Positions 27,817 through 38,188 of a stretch of DNA of 64,000 bases are shown here, piece by piece. Location of the stretch: contig CAVORV010000013.1 in the NCBI GenBank assembly GCA_963698685.1, forward strand, positions 195,134 to 259,133, in the 5' to 3' direction. The notes below the pieces were generated by a model, which was given only the letters and a program-made list of their open reading frames with translations, was not told the DNA's origin and did no database searches. The translations under genes were made by a program, and so were the position numbers. Numbering within the stretch: the stretch's first letter is position 1; every line of letters starts with the position of its first letter. This DNA is from an uncultured Alphaproteobacteria bacterium (GTDB lineage: Bacteria > Pseudomonadota > Alphaproteobacteria > Rhodobacterales > Rhodobacteraceae).

Positions 27817-29511
27817 CCCGCGCCGTCACCTCCGGAAGTTCCCACTCGCAACGCCTCAAGGAAGCGTACGATCTCGTCGATGATCGCGGGATCGTCGATC
27901 CCCGGATCAGGCATCGTCGTGCCTTGCGCGAATGCGTTCGGGGACTGCAGGTATTTCACGAGGTTCTCGTCCGACCAGCGTCCTTCGACCGCGCTCAGGC
28001 CCGCCGAATAATTCGCGTATCCGGTGCCGGCGATGACCGCCCCGTGAATATCCGCCAAAGACGGAGCACCGGCGTTCTCGCCGGGCTGCAGGGAATGGCA
28101 CTGGATGCAGGTCACCATCGCCTGTCGCGCGGCCGGAACGGCGGAGCCCGGCCCTTCGAAGTATTCGACGAGGAAGTCAAATTCGTAGGGCAGCCGGATC
28201 GGGGACAGGAACGTCAACGACTTGTCATCGCTCCAGACGACGAGCCGGCCATCGGTATGCTCGATCACCGACCGGATCCGCTTGCCGTAGAAAATCTGCT
28301 CGACATAGGTCACTTGGTCGCCGGACAGCCTGATCCGATAAAGCGACTGCTCGCGCAGAGATCCGACCATCAGATCGCCTTCCCAGGCCGGATCGAAATC
28401 CTTCATGACCGCCAGCGTCGATGGCGCGACCGAGGGCAGCCACGCGAAAACCGGGCCCGTGAAAGTATCATGCCGGCCATAGGCGCTCCGGGCGAAAGGC
28501 CAAGGCGACAGGTCGTAGGACGTGCCGAGCGTGTCCTCCGGCCAACCGTAGTCGCCGCCATCGACGATCAGATTCAGCTCGTCTCCGCCGCGCGGCCCAT
28601 GCTCCACGGCCCAGATGCGGCCTTCTTCCGAAACGGCGATCCCCTGCATGTTTCGGTGGCCCATGGACGCGATCCGGTTCTCTCCCGTGTCGAGATCGAT
28701 AGCGATGACCTTGCCGTAGTCGTTGCTCGGATCCCGCGCGAGCGGCCTGTCGCTGCATTCGCCGTCCCAGCCGTAATCCCCGACCGAGAGATAAAGCGTC
28801 GACGGCTCCGCGAAAGCCATCCGTCCGCCCGCGAACTGCGCTTCGAGCGCCCGGCATTGAGGCTTGAGCGGCAGGCACGGCGTGGTGCGGTAGATGATCT
28901 CCCAGTCTTCGGCCGTCGCCTCTACCTCGCGGATGTCGGTCATGGCCGGATCGAGCGTCAGCCGCGCCACGGTTCCGGTATAGCACTCCGCCACCCCGTC
29001 ATACTCGGTGTAGGACGCCAGCAGGGATTTCTCGACCACCGGCATCGATGAAGGCGATGTCGTTGTCCCGGTAGTCCTCGAGCTTGTGAAGAAACCCGCT
29101 GTACTTGGGGGAGAGAACGGCCGCCGCATAGGCGTCATACCCGTTGTCAGGCATGCCGATCGACAGAAGCTCGACATCCGACGAGGATTGCGCGGCGAAA
29201 AGCTTGCCCTCGTGGGTCATCAGCACGACGTCGTCATAGACCGACGTGAGGCCACCACCCGCGCCGGCCCGGTCGACCGGAATGATCACGCTGTCCGGGC
29301 GCAGCGAGAGAAGCGTCGTTTCGATGTCTTCGCGCTTTTCCGGCTCGACCGTCTCGACCACGACGGTCCGGAACATGTCGCGAAGCGGGATCTCCAATGC
29401 CCGGATATGCTGGTATGGAAACAGGCGGTACTGCGCCACCATGTATCCACCGAAAGACGCCGCCAGCAAAAGAAAGACGCCGACGATACCCAAAACCGCC
29501 TTATTCAACAC
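27813..29511 (-). CDS. PQQ-dependent glucose/sorbosone dehydrogenase-family beta-propeller fused to a C-terminal cytochrome c; frameshifted near 29034
   Basis: N-terminal TM (ORF 28999-29511) joins ORF 27813-29177 on removing one base (IDAGG|EKSLLASY), 565 aa; GGRMAF, MGHRNMQG, EHGPRGGDELN, YGWP; CIQCH heme motif and GTTM. Confidence 0.82.
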
Positions 29512-29650
29512 ATTTCTCCCATCAAGGACCCACGGAAGCGGCCGCCGCGACTCGCCAAGTCATACGCGTGACACCCCTACTTTTTCATTAGCCCCGTTAC
29601 GACCGAACGCAAATCGTGTTTTGTTCGGTATGGCGGCGGGTCGCCAAGCG

Positions 29651-30550
29651 TCACCCGACTTCCGGCACCATCCCGCGTTCGGCCGCAAGCTCACGCATCC
29701 TCTTCTGAAGCTTCTCGAACGCACGCACCTCGATTTGACGGATGCGTTCACGGCTGACGTTGTACACCTCGCTCAATTCTTCCAACGTCACCGGCGAATC
29801 CTTCAGCTTTCGTTCCGTCAGGATATGACGTTCACGCTCGTTCAACTCGCGCATGGACTCGATCAGCAGTTCTCGACGGCCTTCAAGTTCGTCGCGTTCG
29901 GCCAGATCCGCCGCCTGGTCCGCACTTTCGTCCTCCAGCCAGTCCTGCCACTCCGCCTGGCCGTCGCCATCGGATTTGATCTGCGCGTTCAGGCTCGCGT
30001 CCCCGCCCGCCATCCGGCGGTTCATCGAGATCACCTCGGCCTCCGTGACGTTGAGCTGTTCGGCGATCTTAGCGACGTTCTCTGGGCGAAGCTCGCCCTC
30101 CTCGATCGCGCCGATTTTGTTCTTGGCCTTGCGCAGGTTGAAAAACAGCTTCTTCTGCGCCGCCGTCGTGCCCATCTTGACGAGGCTCCAGGAGCGGAGG
30201 ATGTATTCTTGGATGCTCGCGCGGATCCACCACATCGCATACGTCGACAGGCGGAACCCCTTCTCGGGATCGAACCGCTTGACCGCCTGCATCAGGCCCA
30301 CGTTGGCTTCTGAGATCACCTCCGCCGTCGGCAGGCCGTAGCCACGATATCCCATGGCGATCTTGGCCGCGAGCCGCAGATGGCTCGTGACGAGCTGGTG
30401 CGCGGCGTCGGTGTCGCCGTGATCGACCCAGGCTTTGGCCAGCATGTATTCCTGCTCGGGCTCGAGCATCGGAAACTTGCGTATCTCCTGCATGTAGCGC
30501 GTCAGCCCCTGTTCCGGCGACGGGGCCGGAAGATTCGCGTAGGTCGCCAT
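29651..30550 (-). CDS. rpoH: RNA polymerase sigma factor RpoH (RpoH1 type)
   Basis: RpoH box QKKLFFNLRK; YAMWWIRASIQEYILRSWSLVK; SRERIRQIE; GGAGG RBS; downstream of rluD. Confidence 0.96.
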   Translation of the reverse strand: MATYANLPAPSPEQGLTRYMQEIRKFPMLEPEQEYMLAKAWVDHGDTDAAHQLVTSHLRLAAKIAMGYRGYGLPTAEVISEANVGLMQAVKRFDPEKGFRLSTYAMWWIRASIQEYILRSWSLVKMGTTAAQKKLFFNLRKAKNKIGAIEEGELRPENVAKIAEQLNVTEAEVISMNRRMAGGDASLNAQIKSDGDGQAEWQDWLEDESADQAADLAERDELEGRRELLIESMRELNERERHILTERKLKDSPVTLEELSEVYNVSRERIRQIEVRAFEKLQKRMRELAAERGMVPEVG

Positions 30551-30592
30551 TTCAGCCTCCTTCCGGAGCCCAAAGCTCCAGTCGCGGAGATT

Positions 30593-30618
30593 AACGTCCG
30601 CGCATTTCCAATCGTTCC
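30593..30618 (-). promoter_or_regulatory. EcfG-type promoter GGAAC-N17-CGTT upstream of rpoH
   Basis: Minus strand reads GGAAC gattggaaatgcgcgga CGTT, ending 42 bp before the rpoH ATG. Confidence 0.55.
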
Positions 30619-30841
30619 GTTATACGCGTTCATTGCGCGGTACCGACGGGTGCCCGGATGAACTTTCGGTGACCCACGGCCCGGCATCGTCATACGTGAT
30701 AAAGACGGTCGTCTTACATATTCAACTTCGACCATCATGTCCACCCCCGCCGCCGACCGCGATCTGGACATGTGGTCCATGCCCGCACAGTCTCGCGGCG
30801 AGACCTGTCCCGGTTCGCATCCTCGACGGAGCCAGCAACCG

Positions 30842-30992
30842 ATGAAGCCGGCCAGACTGGGTTCCCTTCTTGCCGCCGCGGCCCTCTCCGCCTCTCGCGC
30901 CGCCGCGCACGCGGCCGAGGACGGCTGCGTCATCCTCCTGCATGGCCTGGGTCGAAGCGGCACGTTTCTGATCCTCATGCAGGAATTGGCGC
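30842..30992 (+). pseudogene. 5' remnant of a secreted alpha/beta hydrolase
   Basis: MKPARLGSLLAAAALSASRAAAHAAEDGCVILLHGLGRS: signal peptide plus oxyanion HG motif, then similarity is lost before any GxSxG. Confidence 0.6.
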
Positions 30993-30998
30993 GACCGT

Positions 30999-31231
30999 TT
31001 AGATCCGGCTGTCGCGCGGCCCGACCGGCAGGCGGCTCGTCGCGCAAAAGACCTCGATCCGGCTGCCGTCGCCGAGCGCGACCGCCTGCTGGACGATCTC
31101 CGGCCCGGTGTCTTGGAACAGCAGCGGCGGCGGCATCAGCCGCATCGGCGGATGGCTGAAGACGAAGAACGTCATCACGCCCGTGACCGCGATCAGGGTC
31201 AGCGCAAGAAGCCACCGCGGAAAGTCACCAT
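30999..31231 (-). pseudogene. 5' remnant of a membrane-anchored protein, possibly a DUF900-type esterase
   Basis: MVTFR/(frameshift)RWLLALTLIAVTGVMTFFVFSHPPMRLMPPPLLF...IEVFCATSRLP...SRI*; EVFxATxR resembles DUF900 N-termini. Confidence 0.45.
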
Positions 31232-31261
31232 CTCCGGAACCCCGTCACGTCACGCTTTTCC

Positions 31262-32260
31262 TTACAGCGCGCGCAACGCGTGCAGCAACGCCTCGAAATC
31301 CTCCGGCGGCGCGGCATCGAATCGCACCTTCTCCCCCGTCACCGGATGCACGAACCCCAGCGTCGCCGCGTGCAGCGCCTGCCGTCCGAAGCCAGCCACC
31401 GGATCGCCCTTTCTTCCGTAGACCGGATCGCCGATCAGCGGATGTCCGACATGCGACAAATGCGCCCGGATCTGATGCGTCCGCCCGGTCTCGAGCCTGC
31501 ATTCCACAAGCGCCGCGACCGGCTTGGGCCCTCCGAACCGCTCGATCGCCCGCGCCCGCGTGACCGCCCGCCGACCGCCGGGCCGCCCGACCGCCATTCG
31601 CTTGCGGTCCACGGGATGGCGCGCGATGTCGCCCTCGATCCGGAGCACCGCGCCCGGCTCCCATTTCACGCCCGGCAGACCCGCGAGCCGCGGATCCGCC
31701 GGATCGGGCGCGCCGCGCGTCACCGCCAGATAGAGCCGCTCGAGATCATGCGCCGCGAACTGCGCCGCCAGCCCCTGATGCGCCGCGTCGGATTTTGCGA
31801 CCACCAAGAGCCCCGACGTGTCCTTGTCGATCCGGTGCACGATGCCCGGCCGCTTCGCGCCGCCCACGCCGGAAAGGCTGTCGCCGCAATGGTGCAGCAA
31901 CGCGTTGACCAGCGTGCCGTCCTCCGCCCCCGGCGCCGGATGCACGACCATGCCCGCCGGCTTGTCCACCACGATCAGATGCGGATCCTCGAAAACGATG
32001 TCGAGCGGGATCTCCTCCGCCGCCGTCGCCACCGCCACCGCCTCCGGCACGCGCAGCAGAACCTCCGCACCGGGCTCCAGCCGCGCCTTGGGATCGGCCA
32101 GCGCCACGCCGCGGTGGCTCGCAGACCCGCCCGCGATCAGAGCCTGAAGCCGCGACCTGCTCAGGCCGAACCCCTCTGGCGCGGCGGCGGCAAGGGCCTT
32201 ATCTAAACGCTCGACGCGTGGCCCCAACGTGATCCTGATCTCCCGGAAAGGCGAAGACAT
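31262..32260 (-). CDS. rluD: 23S rRNA pseudouridine synthase, RluA/RluD family
   Basis: S4 domain ERLDKAL..LSRSRLQALI; DKPAGMVVHPAPG; GIVHRIDKDTSG; LETGRTHQIR; GDPVY; RQALHA; start uncertain. Confidence 0.93.
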   Translation of the reverse strand: MSSPFREIRITLGPRVERLDKALAAAAPEGFGLSRSRLQALIAGGSASHRGVALADPKARLEPGAEVLLRVPEAVAVATAAEEIPLDIVFEDPHLIVVDKPAGMVVHPAPGAEDGTLVNALLHHCGDSLSGVGGAKRPGIVHRIDKDTSGLLVVAKSDAAHQGLAAQFAAHDLERLYLAVTRGAPDPADPRLAGLPGVKWEPGAVLRIEGDIARHPVDRKRMAVGRPGGRRAVTRARAIERFGGPKPVAALVECRLETGRTHQIRAHLSHVGHPLIGDPVYGRKGDPVAGFGRQALHAATLGFVHPVTGEKVRFDAAPPEDFEALLHALRAL

Positions 32261-32585
32261 CACAGACCGGACCTCCATCGCCCCCGCCGAGCCCGCCAAC
32301 CTGCGCTGGCTGCGTCGGCTGGTCACGACCCTCACGGCCGTGCTCATCCTCGGCGTGATAGCCATCGTGGCGCTGCTTGTCATCCGCCTGAACGCCGCCG
32401 CGCCGGGTCCGTCGCTCGCGTTGCCCGCAGAAATCGCCTTGCCTGACGGCGAGACCGCGACGGCGCTCACCCGCGGGACAGGCTGGATCGCGGTCGTCAC
32501 CCGCGACGAGGGGGGAGCCGAGCGAATCCGCGTCCTCGACGCCGCAACCTTCGCCGAGCGCTCGGTGACCGAGATGGCCCGCTGA
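32229..32585 (+). CDS. Small single-TM protein, DUF6476-like
   Basis: EPANLRWLRRLVTTLTAVLILGVIAIVALLVIRL; LPAEIALPDGE; start uncertain, overlaps rluD 5' end. Confidence 0.7.
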   Translation: MILISRKGEDITDRTSIAPAEPANLRWLRRLVTTLTAVLILGVIAIVALLVIRLNAAAPGPSLALPAEIALPDGETATALTRGTGWIAVVTRDEGGAERIRVLDAATFAERSVTEMAR

Positions 32586-33058
32586 TGGAGATCCGTGCCG
32601 GCGACCTCGACGATCCTCGCGTGATCGCACTCCTCACCCACCATCTGGACAGCGCCCGCGCCGCCACCGCGCCGGGAAGCGCACACGCGCTCGACCTCAC
32701 CGGGTTGCGCTCGCCCGACATCGATTTCCGCGCGCTCTGGGACGGCGACACCCTCGTCGCCGTCGGCGCGCTCATGCGCATCGCGCCGGATCAAGGCGAG
32801 ATCAAATCCATGCACACCGCGAAATCCTTCCGCCGCACGGGCGCGGGCGGGGCCATGCTGCGTCACCTCATCGCACTGGCGACCGAAAAAGGCTTCAAGC
32901 GGGTCAGCCTGGAGACCGGTTCCTGGGATTTCTTCCGCCCCGCCATCGCGCTCTACGCCATGCACGGCTTCACCGAATGCCCGCCCTTCGGCGCCTACGG
33001 CCCGGACCCCAACAGCGTCTTCATGACCCTCGAGATCGACCCTGCCCGGAGCGGATGA
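32585..33058 (+). CDS. GNAT N-acetyltransferase
   Basis: HALDLTGL; GEIKSMHT; RRTGAG; SLETG; AIALY..HGF..CPPFGAY..DPNSVFM. Confidence 0.9.
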   Translation: MEIRAGDLDDPRVIALLTHHLDSARAATAPGSAHALDLTGLRSPDIDFRALWDGDTLVAVGALMRIAPDQGEIKSMHTAKSFRRTGAGGAMLRHLIALATEKGFKRVSLETGSWDFFRPAIALYAMHGFTECPPFGAYGPDPNSVFMTLEIDPARSG

Positions 33059-33064
33059 CCCATC

Positions 33065-33643
33065 TCACCCGTGAAGTCCCTCCAGTGCGGGCCCCAGATC
33101 GAACGCCGTGAACCGTGCCGAGAACCCCGCCCGCTCTGGCGAACAGGCCATCGGCCCGACCATCACGCGGGCGTCGTCCGGAAACGGACAGAGCCGCAGC
33201 AGCGTCCATCCCGCCTCGCCGTCGAGAAACTGAGCCAGCGCCGCGTCGCCACGCCGGGTGATCCGCACCGATTGCGGCCCGCGGGTCTGCGCGCGCCCCA
33301 CCACCGACCAGTCCGAGCGCCCGTCGGTGACTACGATCGAGAAATTCGTAGCGCCTTCCGCGTATTCGATCCCGAGCTTGATCCAGCGCCTCGCATCGAG
33401 TCGCACCATCAGCCCCGCTTGGTCGTAGAGATGCTCGTAGTCGCAATCGAACGTCACGCAAGCCGTGAAGTCGCCCTCCGCCGGCACCAGAAGCGAATGG
33501 CCGTCATCCCGGTGGAATCCGTACCAGGTCCCCTGCCAGAAATCCGTCTTCAGGCCCGTCGTCATTTCCAGCCGCGCGTCCGCGAGAGTCCATGACGGCG
33601 GTTCGTTCAGCCACTCGGCCCGATCAAGATCGCTTATGGCCAT
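33065..33643 (-). CDS. DUF1349 protein (concanavalin-like)
   Basis: WLNEP; TDFWQGTWYGF; YDQAGLMV; WIKLGIEY; SDWS; GPMACSPER. Confidence 0.88.
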   Translation of the reverse strand: MAISDLDRAEWLNEPPSWTLADARLEMTTGLKTDFWQGTWYGFHRDDGHSLLVPAEGDFTACVTFDCDYEHLYDQAGLMVRLDARRWIKLGIEYAEGATNFSIVVTDGRSDWSVVGRAQTRGPQSVRITRRGDAALAQFLDGEAGWTLLRLCPFPDDARVMVGPMACSPERAGFSARFTAFDLGPALEGLHG

Positions 33644-33688
33644 ACGTTCTCCTTTCCGAACCAGCGTCCATGCGGAGAGGGTCGCTCC

Positions 33689-34948
33689 TCACCTCCCGTA
33701 CCGCGCCGCCGTCAAACCGTCGAAATCGATCTCGGGCTTGCGCCCCATCACCACGTCCGCCACGGCCCGTCCCGACCCGCAGGCCATCGTCCAGCCCAGC
33801 GTCCCGTGCCCGGTGTTCAGAAACAGGTTGTCGTACCTCGTCCCGCCCAGCACCGGCGTCCCGTCCGGCGTCATCGGTCGCAGCCCCGTCCACCCCTCCG
33901 CCTTCTCCAGATCGCCACCACCCGGAAACAGGTCACCGATCACGTGCTTGACCGTGTCCGTGGCATGCGGCCCGAGGCGCCCGGAATAGCCCGCGATCTC
34001 CGCCGTGCCCGCCACCCGGATCCGGTCGCCGAGCCGCGTGATCGCCACCTTGTGCGTCTCGTCCATGATGGTCGATTGCGGCGCGCCCGCGTCGTCCGTG
34101 ACCGGCAGCGTCACCGAATAGCCCTTCACCGGATAGATCGGCAGATTGATCCCGACCGGCTTGAGCACCATCGGCGCGTAGCTCCCCATCGCGCAGACAT
34201 AGGCGTCGCCGGTCTCCATGCCCGCCGGGTCCGTCTCGATCCCCTCGACCTTGCCGCCCGAAATGATGATCCGTTTGACCGTCTGACCATATCGGAACTC
34301 CACTCCCAGCTCCGCCGCCTTCTCGGCCAGCGAGATGGTGAACATCCGGCAATCGCCGGTCCGGTCGGCGGTCAGCCGCAGCCCGCCCACGAATTTCTCG
34401 CGCACCCGCCCGAGTGCAGGCTCCACCGCGACGCAGCCGTCCCGGTCCAGAACCTCGAAGGGCGAGCTGAATTCCGCCAGAATGTCCTGATCCGCCTTCG
34501 ATCCCTTCATGGACTTCTCGTCGCGGAACAGCTGCAACGTGCCCTGCTCCCGCCCGTCATACTCGATCCCGGTCTCGGCGATCAGCTCCGGCATCACGTC
34601 CCGGCTGTAATTGGACACCCGCACCATGCGCGCCTTGTTGACGGCGTAGCTCTCGGGATTGCAGTTGCTCAGCATCTGCGCGCCCCATTTCCACATCGTC
34701 GGCGAGATCAGCGGCCAGATGAACAGCGGCCGGCGCTTCATGAACAGCCACTTGACCGCCTTCTGCGGCACGCCGGGCGCCGCCCATGGCGACGTCATAC
34801 CATAACTCAGTTCGCCCGCGTTGGCGTAGCTCGTCTCGAGCCCCGGCCCGGTCTGCCGGTCCAGCACCACGACTTCGGCGCCCAGCTTCGCCAGATGCCA
34901 CGCCGTCGTCACCCCGATCACGCCCGCACCGAGCACCACCACCTTCAT
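33689..34948 (-). CDS. dadA: D-amino acid dehydrogenase
   Basis: VLGAGVIG; ETSYANAG; GTLQLFR; TGDC; YPVKGYS; WTGLRPMTPDG; NTGHGTLGWTMACGS. Confidence 0.95.
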   Translation of the reverse strand: MKVVVLGAGVIGVTTAWHLAKLGAEVVVLDRQTGPGLETSYANAGELSYGMTSPWAAPGVPQKAVKWLFMKRRPLFIWPLISPTMWKWGAQMLSNCNPESYAVNKARMVRVSNYSRDVMPELIAETGIEYDGREQGTLQLFRDEKSMKGSKADQDILAEFSSPFEVLDRDGCVAVEPALGRVREKFVGGLRLTADRTGDCRMFTISLAEKAAELGVEFRYGQTVKRIIISGGKVEGIETDPAGMETGDAYVCAMGSYAPMVLKPVGINLPIYPVKGYSVTLPVTDDAGAPQSTIMDETHKVAITRLGDRIRVAGTAEIAGYSGRLGPHATDTVKHVIGDLFPGGGDLEKAEGWTGLRPMTPDGTPVLGGTRYDNLFLNTGHGTLGWTMACGSGRAVADVVMGRKPEIDFDGLTAARYGR

Positions 34949-35175
34949 GTCAGTCCCTTTCACCGTTGCCGGGACCATCCTGCGCCGAAACGGCGTCAAT
35001 GGCGAGACGCCCCATCGGAGGGCCGTCAGCGACGCGGCGGCGGATACTCGCTTACCGGTAAGCGGACGTCCGCCTACTCATCCATTGATTGCACCATTCG
35101 GGGCATCTTTCCCCAGGCGATTGCACCATGGTCCCGCCGCGACCGACGAAAACCAACTTTGGAGGGACAAAAAAG

Positions 35176-36093
35176 ATGCGCAGATCCAGCTACGACGCCG
35201 ACCGCTTGGCGGTACTCGAACCCTATGCGGAGGATTTCCTCGCCGAGGCCGGCGTCAGCTTCGCCGATTCCCTGGGATCGGCCCGGTTCGGCGGCAATCG
35301 CTCCGACTGGATGTTCGGGTCCCGATCCGGCGAGAGCATGTTCGGCTTCGGCGGCAACGACAAGATGTTCGGCGGCAACGCCAACGATCGGATGTTCGGC
35401 GGTGACGGCCGCGACTGGATGTTCGGCGCTGGCGGCGACGACACCATGCTGGGCGGCGACGGCAACGACTACATGCGCGGCGGGAACGGCAACGACCACA
35501 TGGAAGGCGGCGCGGGTAACGACCGGCTCAGCGGCGGCCGCGGCGACGACCATCTTCTCGCCTTCTCCTGGGGCGGCGAGCAGGCTCCCGCGCAGGGCGG
35601 CGAGCAGTACAACAAGAACGAGCCGATCTCCGACCGCGACGTCCTCACCGGCGGGAGCGGCGCCGACACGTTCGAATTCCGCTGGCTGCTCGACGCCAAG
35701 GCCGAGATCCTCGACAAGCATCGCGACGCGGACGGCGTCGTCGACTATTCGATGGGCGGGGTCGCCGGCGAGAATAACAACGTCCATGACCACTGGGTCG
35801 AGACGACAGGCACCAAGATCGTGCGCGATTTCGACGCCGCCGAAGGCGACACGCTCATCTTCGAGGGCCACACCCTGACGCTGAAATCGGTCGAGCACGT
35901 CAATTTCGACCACGGCCGCTCGGTCGACACAGTGCTGAACTTCATCTCGGACCAGGGTGCGGGCGGCGGCGCCCACAACCAGGACGACCTCGGCCGGGTC
36001 GTGCTGCTCGGCGTCAAGATGGACATCGACGATTTCACCGTAAACGCCGGTGTGAACTACGGCACCGAGGACCCCTACTTCGGCATTGCCTGA
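35176..36093 (+). CDS. RTX/hemolysin-type calcium-binding protein
   Basis: GGAGGG RBS; about 9 tandem GGxGxD-type nonapeptides; DVLTGGSGADTFEF; IVRDFDAAEGD; no signal peptide. Confidence 0.85.
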   Translation: MRRSSYDADRLAVLEPYAEDFLAEAGVSFADSLGSARFGGNRSDWMFGSRSGESMFGFGGNDKMFGGNANDRMFGGDGRDWMFGAGGDDTMLGGDGNDYMRGGNGNDHMEGGAGNDRLSGGRGDDHLLAFSWGGEQAPAQGGEQYNKNEPISDRDVLTGGSGADTFEFRWLLDAKAEILDKHRDADGVVDYSMGGVAGENNNVHDHWVETTGTKIVRDFDAAEGDTLIFEGHTLTLKSVEHVNFDHGRSVDTVLNFISDQGAGGGAHNQDDLGRVVLLGVKMDIDDFTVNAGVNYGTEDPYFGIA

Positions 36094-36114
36094 AGCCGTC
36101 ACCGACACCTGAAA

Positions 36115-36148
36115 ACCCCGCCGGTCCCACCCGGCCGGCGGGACCCCG
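36115..36148 (+). terminator. GC-rich hairpin after the RTX gene
   Basis: cccgccgg ... ccggcggg inverted repeat. Confidence 0.4.
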
Positions 36149-36211
36149 GCGCGGCGCTCCGCCTGCCCGCGCACCCTTGCCTTCGCGCCCCCGAGGCCCG
36201 ATATTCCGGTC

Positions 36212-38188
36212 ATGGCGCTCCCCCCCGGATTCCTCGACGAACTGCGCTCGCGGGTGACGCTCGCGCAGGTCGTGGGACGCAAGGTCACATGGGACGCGCG
36301 CAAGACCAACGCCGCACGCCAGGACTACTGGGCGCCCTGCCCGTTCCACGCCGAGAAATCCGCGTCCTTCCACGTCGACGACGCCAAGGGCTTCTACCAT
36401 TGTTTCGGCTGCCAGGCCGGCGGCGACGCCATCGCCTTCATCCGCGAGACCGAGAACGTCGGCTTCATGGAGGCGGTGGAAATCCTCGCCAGAGAGGCCG
36501 GGATGCCGATGCCCGACCGCGACCCGGCGGCGGCCGCCCGCGCCGAGGCCGCCAAAGGACTCGCCGAGGCGATGGAGGCGGCGGTCCAGTTCTATCGGAT
36601 GCAACTCAACTCCGCCCGCGCTGCCGAAGCCCGCGCCTATCTCGACCGCCGCGACCTGAGCGCCGTGACCCGCGAGCGTTTCGAGATCGGCTTCGCCCCG
36701 GACGGCCGCACGGCGCTGCTCGAGCACCTGACGTCCAAAGGCTTCACCCGCGACAAACTCGCCGAAGCCGGCCTGATCGGCGTGCCTGACGACGGCGGCG
36801 CGGCCTATGACCGGTTTCGTGGCCGCATCATGTTCCCGATCCGCGACGCGCGCGGCCGAGCCATAGCCTTCGGGGCCCGCGCGCTCCGCGACGGCCAGAT
36901 GCCGAAATACCTCAACTCGCCGGACACGCCGCTCTTCGACAAGGGCCGGACACTCTACAATGTCGGCCCTGCCCGCGCCGCCGCGGGCAAGGCGGGCTCC
37001 GTCGTGGTGGTCGAGGGCTACATGGATGTCATCGCTCTCGCCCAGGCAGGCATCGACAACGCGGTCGCCCCTCTCGGAACGGCCATCACCGAAGACCAGC
37101 TCCGCATGCTCTGGAAGTTGTCGCCCGAACCCGTCGCGGCCCTCGACGGCGACGCGGCGGGCGTCAAGGCGGCGCACCGGCTGATGGACCTCGCCCTGCC
37201 GCTGATCGGCGCGGACCGCTCGCTGCGGATCGTCACCCTGCCCGGCGGGCAGGACCCGGACGACGTGGTGCGCGCAGGCGGCGCGAAGGCGATGCTGACA
37301 CTCCTCCAAGGCTCGCGCCCGCTCGTCGACGTTTTATGGGCGCGCGAGACCGAGGGAGCCTCCTTCGACAGCCCCGAACGCCGCGCCGCGTTCGACGCCA
37401 AGCTCCGGGCGCATCTCGCGCGCATCGCCGACGAGAATCTTCGCACCCACTACCAGACCGAGATCGGCACGCGCCGGCAGGCGCTCTTCGCCCCCGCACG
37501 GCGTCCGTGGTCCGGCCCGGGCGGCGGCTGGACCCCCGGCCGCAAAGGCCGCATCGCCCCGCCACGCTACGCGGAAGGCGGATCGGTCGCTGCCACGCGC
37601 GCCTCGCTTCTTGCGGGAACGCGTGACGCCGCCGCCGAGGCTCGCATCCGCGAAAGCGCCATTCTCGCGGGATGCCTCAACCACCCGACGCTCGCCGCCC
37701 GTTTCGAGGACCGGTTGGAACGCATGACCTTCGTCTGCCCCGATCTGGGCGAAATACGCGACGCCCTCTTGTCCTCGTTGCCGGACTGCCTATCTGACGG
37801 GATCGGATCCGGGTCGCTTCGCGACGCGGTGGGTTCGCGCACGGGGCGCGACCCGATGGAGGCGCTCGCGGCGGTCGGACAGGTCCGCGCGAACCCGCAT
37901 CTCGGCCCCGACGCGCATCCGGACGGCGCGGCTACTGCGATCGAGGAGGAGCTTACGCGACATTCCGCGTCCACGGGGTGGCTCGCCGAAGTGCGCGAGG
38001 CGGAACAGGACCTCGCTGGCGAAGCCGACGAAGGCGTAACATGGCGGCTCAGACAGGCCGCCGAAGCCGCCCACCGCGCCAATCTAAAACCGCTCTCCGC
38101 CGGTGATTCGTCGGCGGGTTCAGAATCGGAGTTGTCGGCGCGCCTGCAAAGCATGCTCGACCAGCAGGTCTGGAAGAAGAAACGTTAA
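36212..38188 (+). CDS. dnaG: DNA primase
   Basis: [17 protein letters not shown] zinc finger; [11 protein letters not shown]; KYLNSPDT; VVEGYMDVI; DGDAAG; QDPDD. Confidence 0.97.
   Translation: MALPPGFLDELRSRVTLAQVVGRKVTWDARKTNAARQDYWAPCPFHAEKSASFHVDDAKGFYHCFGCQAGGDAIAFIRETENVGFMEAVEILAREAGMPMPDRDPAAAARAEAAKGLAEAMEAAVQFYRMQLNSARAAEARAYLDRRDLSAVTRERFEIGFAPDGRTALLEHLTSKGFTRDKLAEAGLIGVPDDGGAAYDRFRGRIMFPIRDARGRAIAFGARALRDGQMPKYLNSPDTPLFDKGRTLYNVGPARAAAGKAGSVVVVEGYMDVIALAQAGIDNAVAPLGTAITEDQLRMLWKLSPEPVAALDGDAAGVKAAHRLMDLALPLIGADRSLRIVTLPGGQDPDDVVRAGGAKAMLTLLQGSRPLVDVLWARETEGASFDSPERRAAFDAKLRAHLARIADENLRTHYQTEIGTRRQALFAPARRPWSGPGGGWTPGRKGRIAPPRYAEGGSVAATRASLLAGTRDAAAEARIRESAILAGCLNHPTLAARFEDRLERMTFVCPDLGEIRDALLSSLPDCLSDGIGSGSLRDAVGSRTGRDPMEALAAVGQVRANPHLGPDAHPDGAATAIEEELTRHSASTGWLAEVREAEQDLAGEADEGVTWRLRQAAEAAHRANLKPLSAGDSSAGSESELSARLQSMLDQQVWKKKR

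Noticed and set aside
35290-35560. 27-bp periodic repeats as a possible CRISPR array or VNTR
   Set aside because: Degenerate in-frame RTX nonapeptide codons; no spacers or cas genes.
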